DNA of 25,469 nt from a virus (taxonomy: Duplodnaviria > Caudoviricetes), in IMG/VR virus record IMGVR_UViG_3300005805_000440, positions 1 to 25,469 of that record. The stretch is one strand, 5' to 3'. Under the pieces are notes generated by a model. The model had not been told where the DNA came from. It did no database searches and worked only from the letters and a program-made list of their open reading frames with translations. Positions 1 through 8,100 of this stretch are shown in pieces. A program made the position numbers and the translations under genes. Each line of letters begins with the position of its first letter. Position 1 is the first letter of the stretch.

Positions 1-2
1 CA

Positions 3-104
3 AAGAAGGACACTGTAGAATATACAGTATTCGTTCGCTTTGGTATTGCATGGGAAGAGTTGGATGCAGTTGCTTATGGCGATGCAGACAGCGCAGATTC
101 CTAA
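3..104 (+). CDS. Major capsid protein, C-terminal fragment (gene starts upstream of window)
   Basis: My translation is KKDTVEYTVFVRFGIAWEELDAVAYGDADSADS*. It resembles the HK97-fold capsid C-terminal strand. It is followed by a strong terminator and head-tail joining genes. Confidence 0.75.
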   Translation, partial: KKDTVEYTVFVRFGIAWEELDAVAYGDADSADS

Positions 105-126
105 AATTAAATAAGCAAGATTAGAG

Positions 127-155
127 GGGAGCGGTCTAAAAAACCGCTCCCTTTT
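127..155 (+). terminator. Intrinsic terminator after capsid gene
   Basis: Perfect 9-bp stem GGGAGCGGT (127-135) / ACCGCTCCC (143-151), 7-nt loop, then TTTT. Confidence 0.85.
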
Positions 156-163
156 AGCATTTC

Positions 164-172
164 TGGTATAAT
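164..172 (+). promoter_or_regulatory. Extended -10 promoter
   Basis: TGGTATAAT just downstream of the terminator, followed by a GGAGGA RBS and ATG 190. No -35 hexamer. Confidence 0.7.
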
Positions 173-189
173 GACAGTGGAGGAATAAA

Positions 190-522
190 ATGTTAAATAT
201 TGAAGAATTAAAAACAAAAAGTGTTTTTGAAATAAAATCATTTGCTAAACAAAATAACATAGACCTTCTTGATGCAAGAACAAAGATAGAGATGCTTAAT
301 ATTCTTGAAGGCAAAGAGGTCGTCAAGATAGCAAAAAAAGAAACACCAGATAAGATTGCTCTATATTCAGAGCGTAATAAGCATAATACAAATAAAAAAA
401 TTGGATCGCTCAAAGTCGGTTATAATATAGTTACTAAGGAGGCAGCCGACTGGTGGCTTTCTCGTAAAGGTGTTAGGTTAGCAACGCCTCAAGAGTTGGC
501 AAGGCACTACGGCATAGACTAA
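190..522 (+). CDS. Small protein with N-terminal Rho-N/HeH-like helical motif
   Basis: EELKTKSVFEIKSFAKQNNIDLLDARTKIEMLNILE fits the Rho N-terminal/HeH pattern. Good RBS. C-terminal domain (GYNIV..WL..VRLATP) is of unknown function. Confidence 0.55.
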   Translation: MLNIEELKTKSVFEIKSFAKQNNIDLLDARTKIEMLNILEGKEVVKIAKKETPDKIALYSERNKHNTNKKIGSLKVGYNIVTKEAADWWLSRKGVRLATPQELARHYGID

Positions 523-1493
523 TGGAGATTTTAAGGATTCCCCCATACCCGCTTCAGGTCACATATACAGTGCCATCTGCAAGCACATCATACTTTCTTG
601 TTGTAGAAAGCAATGATAGAAATGAAGAGTTAATAGATGTAGCGGTTACATCTAGCGCAAGTTCGGTTGTGACATATACCCTTTCTGATACCTTTTCAAA
701 ATATGATGAGTATTATGCAGTCACCATATATGAAAAAAATGGTGCAAATCGTGGAGATGTTGTTGTAGAAGATAATTTAGAAATTGTTCGTCCGTATGTT
801 GATCCAAATACCCTTGGGACTACGGCTACAGAAATTGCAGAGTATACAGAGCATGAGGCACTGGCTCGTCAAATTATAGATGCCTATGTTCCAGATGGAT
901 TTTATTTTACTACAGAGTGGGTTCAAAATGTAGGTCAAGGCACAGACTATATGCCACTTTGGATGCGTGGATATAAGATTCTTAAAGTTTATGAGAATGC
1001 TGAAAAAGTATATGATGTTGATGATGCTGATGGTCCAGCACTTGATGAATACGACTACAGCATTACAAAAGATAAAACGGCGATCATAAAAGATCCAGTC
1101 GCTGGTGTGGACAACTGGAACAGAGATGAGCGTAAGCCAGCAAGAATGGCAATGGCAGCATCAGATTCTTTTGATTGGTATGATACTGGAGACAGCGCAA
1201 ATATTCAAACATTCAGAGGTGGAGTAAGTTTTCCAGAAGGCGCTGATTATATGTTTTATATTGAAGCGGGATATAAAGTAGTACCTAACGATATTAAAGA
1301 TGCTACCAATATGCTAATTGATGATATTAAATGTGGCAGACTTGATTATTACAAGAGATATGTTGACTCATATAGAACAGATCAGTTTAATGTTAAATAC
1401 AATAAAGTCATGCTAGAAGGAACTGGAAATCTTTTAGTAGATAAAATTTTAGATAAATATGTGAATGTGGTAACTCGGCCTGGAGTATTATAA
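522..1493 (+). CDS. Putative head-to-tail adaptor/connector with beta-rich N-terminal extension
   Basis: Position after capsid. ARQIIDAY and AGYKVVPNDIKDATNMLI resemble gp6/gp15-type adaptor motifs. TAATG coupling to the upstream gene. Confidence 0.65.
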   Translation: MEILRIPPYPLQVTYTVPSASTSYFLVVESNDRNEELIDVAVTSSASSVVTYTLSDTFSKYDEYYAVTIYEKNGANRGDVVVEDNLEIVRPYVDPNTLGTTATEIAEYTEHEALARQIIDAYVPDGFYFTTEWVQNVGQGTDYMPLWMRGYKILKVYENAEKVYDVDDADGPALDEYDYSITKDKTAIIKDPVAGVDNWNRDERKPARMAMAASDSFDWYDTGDSANIQTFRGGVSFPEGADYMFYIEAGYKVVPNDIKDATNMLIDDIKCGRLDYYKRYVDSYRTDQFNVKYNKVMLEGTGNLLVDKILDKYVNVVTRPGVL

Positions 1494-1942
1494 TGGTGCT
1501 CTGCGAAGATACCGATTTTATATATCCAATGAAGGCTGATGTTTATTATCCAATAATCACACAGGGTGAATATGGTCAGCCAAAAAAAGATTGGGTTTTT
1601 GATAAAACCATTGCTTGTAATGCAGAGCCAGTAGGCGGAGATGGTACTGAAAATATAAAAGCAGAATCATTTTTACAGTTGCAAAATAAACTTATGGTAA
1701 GAACAAAAAATGATCCAAGAGTATCTTCTCAAAAAGAAAACAATGCTGTTACTAACATTCTTATAACAAATATTAGACACTCAGATGATGAATTAATATA
1801 TAAAGAAACTGCTGGAGTTAGATCTGGTCGTGCAACAATATATGAAGTTGCTACAGTACAGCCTTTTGTTGGACCATTCAGAACTACAGAATATTATAAG
1901 ATGATTTGGCGTAGGGCTGAAAATCAGACTGTAGGTGACTAG
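1493..1942 (+). CDS. Putative head-closure (stopper) protein
   Basis: 149 aa, beta-rich with a GEYGQPKKDW motif, directly after the adaptor. TAATG overlap. Confidence 0.55.
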   Translation: MVLCEDTDFIYPMKADVYYPIITQGEYGQPKKDWVFDKTIACNAEPVGGDGTENIKAESFLQLQNKLMVRTKNDPRVSSQKENNAVTNILITNIRHSDDELIYKETAGVRSGRATIYEVATVQPFVGPFRTTEYYKMIWRRAENQTVGD

Positions 1943-2619
1943 TGATAGTAACTACTAATACCCGTCATTTTAAAAGAACGATGGACAATATTATAGATTA
2001 TTCTTATGGATTTATTGACGGTGTTCATAAAGGCAAAAAAGTATTTTTAGAAAAACTGGGCAGGGAAGTAATAGCAGCCTTAAGTCAATACATAGACATA
2101 AATGCTAAAGCAAACCCTAAAGCCCTTCATCATGTATATGAATGGTATCGTGTTGGTAGTCCAGCAGCCAGGTTATACGATATAGATTTTATTGTTAATA
2201 AAAATGGTTTGGCATTGTTCTCTAACTTTAGACAATCACGCTCAATGTCAAATGATGCAAGTGAGCCATTTTTTGACAAAGCAAAAATAATGGAACAAGG
2301 TAAGACTGTTGTAATAAAACCAAAGAGTGGTTCTGTATTAGCCTTTCAATCTGGTGGAGATACAGTTTTTACAAAGAAGCCAGTTACTGTTAGAGATCCT
2401 GGAGGAGATGAGGTCCAAGGATCTTTTGAACAAGTCTTTGATGAATTTATGTTGAAGTATTTTAAACAATCATTTATTCGTGCATCTGGTCTATATGATT
2501 ATATTAAAAAACCAACGGCATTTAAAAAGAACATTCGTGCTGGATCTAAGGCTGGTAGGCCAAAAGGTGTTAGTACTGGCTTTAGTTGGATAGCAAATGC
2601 AAGAATTGGGGTAGAATAG
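1942..2619 (+). CDS. Putative neck/tail completion protein
   Basis: Basic 225-aa protein between stopper and tail terminator. GTG start overlaps the TAG stop. Assigned mainly by synteny. Confidence 0.45.
   Translation: MIVTTNTRHFKRTMDNIIDYSYGFIDGVHKGKKVFLEKLGREVIAALSQYIDINAKANPKALHHVYEWYRVGSPAARLYDIDFIVNKNGLALFSNFRQSRSMSNDASEPFFDKAKIMEQGKTVVIKPKSGSVLAFQSGGDTVFTKKPVTVRDPGGDEVQGSFEQVFDEFMLKYFKQSFIRASGLYDYIKKPTAFKKNIRAGSKAGRPKGVSTGFSWIANARIGVE
2609..2617 (+). promoter_or_regulatory. -10 element of a putative leaderless transcript
   Basis: GGGTAGAAT with the -10 hexamer ending 6 nt before ATG 2624. Confidence 0.4.
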
Positions 2620-2623
2620 TAAA

Positions 2624-3214
2624 ATGACCTACGAAATAAAAACAACAGGTTTTGCTCCAACATATATAAATAATTATGTTAATGAGCAACTTTCACTGTT
2701 TGGCCTAATTGCTACTGGTCCTACAGAGCCAAACCAGGCTGGATTTAATCCTATGGTTCCTGCACAGTATCCAACTAGCATAGAAGACCTTTATAACGAT
2801 ACTATATCTATTCAGCAAGTTGAATCCCCGATCTTAATTGTTTATGACAGAATGATGAGATTTAGACCAACTCCTTTCTACCGTCGCAAAAGAGAGCAGT
2901 TGATATATTTTATATACTCGTCAGATGTAGCAAAACTAATAAACTCTGTAAGAATTATTACAGATGCCTTGGATCGTGAAGATGCAGCAGCCCAAGACGT
3001 TAACGCTTTTTCAGCAGGAAATGCAACCGCCTCAAATCCAGCCAATGTATATTTTCATAATATAAGGGTCTATCAGGTAGATGAGAGCAGGGACGTTGCA
3101 GAGTTGGCTTCAGCCAGGACCCTCTTTGTAAACAAGGTTATTGTTGAGTATGACTATCATATTAAAGATACCATCTCTATAAATGGCACAAACTACACCA
3201 ATCCATACTCTTAA
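2624..3214 (+). CDS. Putative tail terminator protein
   Basis: Immediately upstream of the major tail protein. Size and the PILIVYD segment are compatible with gpU/gp17-like terminators. Confidence 0.55.
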   Translation: MTYEIKTTGFAPTYINNYVNEQLSLFGLIATGPTEPNQAGFNPMVPAQYPTSIEDLYNDTISIQQVESPILIVYDRMMRFRPTPFYRRKREQLIYFIYSSDVAKLINSVRIITDALDREDAAAQDVNAFSAGNATASNPANVYFHNIRVYQVDESRDVAELASARTLFVNKVIVEYDYHIKDTISINGTNYTNPYS

Positions 3215-3220
3215 AAATAC

Positions 3221-3229
3221 TGTTATACT
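3221..3229 (+). promoter_or_regulatory. Extended -10 promoter for major tail gene
   Basis: Intergenic TGTTATACT. GAGGTG RBS precedes ATG 3285. Confidence 0.6.
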
Positions 3230-3284
3230 TATAACTGAGGAAACACGCCCACTTATTCAACAAGGAAAAAAGAGGTGAAACAAT

Positions 3285-3926
3285 ATGCCAGCATATACCC
3301 GTGGTACGTCTAACAACATCATCGTCGGTGCCGCAGCGTTCTTTCTCTGCGATACTACTCTTGATGCTGACGTTTTTACAGACTATGCATTTGTAAGCAC
3401 AGAGTCATACAAGTCTACTCTGTCTGCAAATACTAACTGGACAAACGTTGGTTATACAATGAACGGTCTTGAGATGCAATTCCAGCCTGACTTCGGTGAG
3501 GTTGCAGTTGACCAAGTACTTGATGTTGCTAAACTTTACAAGCAAGGTATGCAGGTAAATGTTGCTACAGCATTCGCTGAGGCAACTCTTGAGAATCTAC
3601 TCTATGCTCTTGCATTTGCAGATACAGAACTAACTGGCTCAAAGAGCACTTCATCAGGTCGTCGTCTGAACCTTTCAGCAGGCGAACTCGGTGAGTGTCC
3701 AGTTGAGCGTGGTATCGCAGCAGTCGGTCCTGGTACTGGCGACTGCGACAACTCTGGTAACGTAGAACGTGTCTATGTCGGATATCGTGCGCTTTCAATT
3801 GAAAACGTAACAGTATCGGCAAAGCGTGATGAACCTTCAATGTTTGAAGTTTCATTCCGTCTACTTCCAGAAGACGCTTCTGGCGCATATGGTAAGATCG
3901 TAGATCGTACTCATACCGCATCATAA
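3285..3926 (+). CDS. Major tail (tube) protein
   Basis: NIIVGAA, NVGYTMNGLEM, VDQVLD, AEATLENL and FEVSFRLLP fit siphovirus tail tube proteins. Upstream of chaperones and TMP. All 9 Arg codons are CGT, consistent with high expression. Confidence 0.85.
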   Translation: MPAYTRGTSNNIIVGAAAFFLCDTTLDADVFTDYAFVSTESYKSTLSANTNWTNVGYTMNGLEMQFQPDFGEVAVDQVLDVAKLYKQGMQVNVATAFAEATLENLLYALAFADTELTGSKSTSSGRRLNLSAGELGECPVERGIAAVGPGTGDCDNSGNVERVYVGYRALSIENVTVSAKRDEPSMFEVSFRLLPEDASGAYGKIVDRTHTAS

Positions 3927-3944
3927 TCTTAAAATAAGATTAAT

Positions 3945-3982
3945 AACGACCCACTCCCTACATGGGGGTGGGTTCGTTGTTT
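3945..3982 (+). terminator. Intrinsic terminator after major tail gene
   Basis: Stem ACCCACTCCC (3949-3958) / GGGGGTGGGT (3964-3973) with one G:U pair, extendable by AACG/CGTT, then a T-rich tail. Confidence 0.75.
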
Positions 3983-3983
3983 A

Positions 3984-3992
3984 TGGTAGAAT
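3984..3992 (+). promoter_or_regulatory. Extended -10 promoter, leaderless geometry
   Basis: TGGTAGAAT ends 7 nt before ATG 4000. No clear Shine-Dalgarno. Confidence 0.6.
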
Positions 3993-3999
3993 GGTTTAA

Positions 4000-4710
4000 A
4001 TGGCTACAGAAATATATAAAACAGAAACAATTCAACTTGTTGACGGTACTGAAATAGAAATTATCCCATTAAAGATAAAGTACCTTAGAGAGTTTATGAA
4101 TGCTTTTGATGCTATTCGTGCCACCAGAACTGATCAAGAAGCAATACTAGTTTTATCTGAATGTACAAGAATATGTATGAAGCAGTATTATCCAGAAATA
4201 TCAAAAAGCATAGCGGATGTTGAAGATCACGTAGATTTACCAACAATATATAAAATATTAAATATCGCTGCCTCAATTAAAATTGATAAAAAATCTGAAC
4301 AGCCAGTAAAAGAACAGGCTACAGAAAGTGGCTCATCATGGGATTCTCTTGATTTGGCTAAACTAGAAACTGAGGCATTTTTGCTCGGTATTTGGAAAGA
4401 TTATCAAGAATTAGAACAATCTCTATCTATGGCAGAACTAATTGCAACAATATCAAGTAAAAGAGAACTGGATTATGAGGAAAAGAAATTTTTAGCAGCA
4501 ATACAGGGTGTAGATTTAGATAAAAATAGTGGTAGCGGAAGAGGTCAACAAGAGTGGGAAGACCTTAAGGCAAGAGTATTCAGTGGTGGCAAAGCAAGAG
4601 ATGGAAATGATATTCTTGCTCTTCAAGGTCCCGCTGCTGAAAAAGCAGGGTTTGGTATTGGCATGGGCTTAGATTATGAAGACATGCGTGACCCTTCAAT
4701 AATGAAGTAA
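4000..4710 (+). CDS. Tail assembly chaperone, long (GT-like) form encoded in a single frame
   Basis: Lies between tail tube and TMP. The N-terminal ~96 aa are paralogous to 4769..5098, followed by a linker and a second domain starting WDSLDLAKLE. Confidence 0.75.
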   Translation: MATEIYKTETIQLVDGTEIEIIPLKIKYLREFMNAFDAIRATRTDQEAILVLSECTRICMKQYYPEISKSIADVEDHVDLPTIYKILNIAASIKIDKKSEQPVKEQATESGSSWDSLDLAKLETEAFLLGIWKDYQELEQSLSMAELIATISSKRELDYEEKKFLAAIQGVDLDKNSGSGRGQQEWEDLKARVFSGGKARDGNDILALQGPAAEKAGFGIGMGLDYEDMRDPSIMK

Positions 4711-4733
4711 TAATATTGAAAATAGCCGTTTTG

Positions 4734-4742
4734 TGCTATAAT
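4734..4742 (+). promoter_or_regulatory. Extended -10 promoter
   Basis: Intergenic consensus TGCTATAAT. AGGAGG RBS at 4759-4764. Confidence 0.7.
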
Positions 4743-4768
4743 TACATTTAACCTATATAGGAGGATAA

Positions 4769-5098
4769 ATGGCAACAACAACGTACGAGAGCCAAGAACT
4801 TACTCTTATGGATGGAACAAAAATCACGGTGAGACCATTAAAAATTTCACTACTTCGTCCATTTATGAGCAAGTTTGAAAAGGTAGCAGAGGTGGCAGAC
4901 AATAATGAGAAGTCAATGACTCTACTTATTGAATGTGTAGAAATTGCTATGAAGCAGTTCAAGCCAGAATTGGCTAGTGTCGAAAAACTTGAAGAGGTCT
5001 TAGACCTTCCAACAGTTTATAAGATCATTGAGGCTGCTTCGGGGGTTAAACTCCAAGATGCTAATGCTCTGTTGAATACAGTGCTTGCAAACAACTAA
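4769..5098 (+). CDS. Tail assembly chaperone, short (G-like) form
   Basis: 109 aa, directly before the TMP. Shares DGT, PLKI, LRxFM, ECxxIxMKQ and DLPTxYKI with the preceding gene. Confidence 0.8.
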   Translation: MATTTYESQELTLMDGTKITVRPLKISLLRPFMSKFEKVAEVADNNEKSMTLLIECVEIAMKQFKPELASVEKLEEVLDLPTVYKIIEAASGVKLQDANALLNTVLANN

Positions 5099-5116
5099 AA
5101 GTTAGAGGTGCTATAA

Positions 5117-8100
5117 GTGGCTGACGTAAATGCTAATATTGGCATAAATATAGATACGTCTCAGTCTTTAGCAGAGATCAAAAATCTCCAGCGACAATTA
5201 GCACAACTATATACAAGCATAAATAAAGGTAGTGCTGCAGCCGCAGCAGCCCAAAAGGGTCTTGCTACCAACTTAATGAACACCATCAATGCTGGTGGTA
5301 AGTTCTACGCCCAGATGGGCACAATCCGAACAAGTACGGAATCATTTACTCACGCACTGGAGAAAAATAAACTCTCTATGCGTGAGTATTTCCGTTTTGC
5401 TGGCGGATCTACAAGAACATTTGGAAAATTATTTAAATCAGAATTTGACACGATTGGCAAGGTAGCCGAAGAACGTGTCAAGAGAATGCAGACTCAATAT
5501 ATTAAGTTGGGTCGTGATGCATCTGGAGCCATGAAGGCAATTTCCATAACTCCTACAACTTTAAATATGAAAGAGTATGGAAATCAAGTAGCAGTAGCAG
5601 CACAAAAACAAGCACTTTTAAATCAATTATTAAAGCAGGGTTCAACCAATCTATTAAACTTTGGTAAGAATACTCAGTGGGCTGGCCGTCAGTTGATGGT
5701 TGGTTTTACAATACCACTTGCATATTTTGGTACAGCAGCAGCCAAAACATTTATGGATCTTGAGGCTCAAGCCCTTAAGTTCCGTCGTGTTTATGGTGAT
5801 ATGTTTACTACTACCGCTGAAACAGAAAAAGCACTTGGAGAAATCCGTGCATTAGCAGAAGAATTTACTAGATATGGTGTAGCAGTTACAAAAACTATGG
5901 AAATGGCAGCCGCTGCTGCTGCTATGGGTAAGACTGGTGCAGAATTAACAGCACAGGTAGCAAATGCTACACGATTAGCGGTTCTTGGTAACGTAGAGCA
6001 AGAACAAGCGCTAGAAACCACAATATCTTTAACAAATGCTTTTGGAATTGCAGCGGAAGATCTAGCAAACAAAATTAACTTCCTAAACTCTGTAGAAAAC
6101 CAAACAGTAACCGCTATTGAAGATTTAACAATTGCTATTCCAAAGGCTGGACCAGTTGTACAGCAATTGGGTGGTAGCGTAGAAGATTTGGCATTCTTCT
6201 TAACTGCTATGCGTGAAGGTGGCATTAATGCATCAGAAGGCGCTAACGCATTAAAGTCTGGTCTTGCATCATTAATTAACCCAACTAAAAAAGCATCTCA
6301 AATGCTTGCCGATATGGGAATTAATATTAAGGATATTGTTGAAAGAAATCAAGGAGATCTAAAGAGAACCGTAATTGATTTTGCTCTAGCACTTGATACT
6401 CTTGCACCACTAGAAAGATCAAGAGCAATTGAACAATTGTTTGGTAAATTCCAGTTTGCTCGTTTATCAACATTATTCCAAAATGTTACAAAAGATGGAA
6501 CTCAAGCAGCAAAGGTTTTGCAATTAGCAACAGCGTCTGTTGAAGAACTTGCTATTTTATCAGAGCGAGAATTACAGGCAGTAGAAGATGCTATTGGTAC
6601 AAATTTTAGAGAAGCAGTTGAAAAACTTAAAGTATCTATTGCTCCAATTGGTAAAGAATTCTTAAAAGCAATTACTCCAGTTGTAGAATTTTTAGGAAAA
6701 TTGTTTGATAAATTTAATAATCTTGGAGACGGTACAAAGAAGTTTATAGTAATTCTAACAAGCCTAGTAGGTCTAATAGGTCCAACATTATTGATGACAT
6801 TTGGTTTGGTAGCAAACGGTGCTGCCAACATTATCAAGATGTTTATATTAATGAGACAAGGATTTTTAAAGTTAGCAGGTAACAGCACAAACTTAGCAGC
6901 ACAAACACAATATATGACAACAGAGCAACAAGAGGCTGCTATTGTTGCTGCTTCATTAAATCAGGCTCATTCACGCTTAACACAGCAGTTTGTTTTAGAA
7001 GCCTCTGCTGTAAATCAATTAAGAAATGCATATGTTGGTGCTACAACCGCAGCATTAAGGTTTGCTGCTACAAATCCTGGAATGATGATTCCAGGCTTCA
7101 AGGCTCCAGTAAAAGGATTTAGCAAGGGAACTAATAAGGTTCCAGGGTATGCAAAAGGAACTGACTCAGTACCAGCAATGCTCACACCAGGTGAAGCAGT
7201 TATTCCAGAGCCTATTGCACAAGACGACAGATTTAAACCACTAATTGCTGCTCTTGTAAGTGGAGAGATTGCAAAATATGAAGAGGGTACTGTAAATGTT
7301 GGTGGTAAGACATATACCACAAAGAGCCAGATGGCTGCTCGTAATTTGGAAAAGAAGATAGCACAATTAATTGCTGCTGGTATTTCAGAAGATAAAATTA
7401 TTCGTGCTCTAGATAAAAATATAGAGCGTGGCAGACCAATGACTGGTTCTGCTTTAGAAAAAAGACTATCTATTGGTCGTGGATCAAGTGCTGGAACAAG
7501 TGCTCCATCTGCTATTAAGAGGCTTGCTAAAGAATCACAGTCTGGTTTCAGAACTGAAGTAAGAGCAATAAAGAAGGTTTTGAAACAAAAAGGTATTACT
7601 TTAACCCCTGCACAAGAAAAAAATCTTTTTGCAGTACAAGCATCACATATTGAAGAAGTTAGAAACGCTGGCATAAAGCAATGGAATGCATCAAATCTAG
7701 TAGCAGATCTTGGATATGTTAACAATTATTTAAATACTGTAAAAGGAAATCTTGGTAAAAATCTACTTGCAATGTCTGATGATCAACTAAAAACTCTTGG
7801 CATTGATAGAGATGAACTCAGAGCATTGCAGTCTGGTCGTCATCCAACTACAGCAAGGGCTGCAGAAACTTTAAGGGCAGTTGCAAGGTATGATGCATCT
7901 ATTAATCCAAGATCTTATCAAGCACAAGCAGTGCTAGCAGGACTTGAATATAGATCAAAGAGTAAGTTTTATGCAAAGCCATTACAAACTTTAGCAGATG
8001 TAAAGAAAACTCCTGCAACCCTTGCAGTTGGTAAGGGTGAAACTGTAAGAACTGCAGACGGCAGACTTGTTAAGGTAACTGGACAAACTGGTATTGCAAA

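Noticed and set aside
3565-3924. Minus-strand 119-aa ORF
   Set aside because: Fully antisense to the major tail gene, with implausible composition.
4270-5116. Programmed -1 frameshift site in the chaperone genes
   Set aside because: No convincing X XXY YYZ heptamer at the domain junction or at the end of the short gene, and the long form is already in frame.
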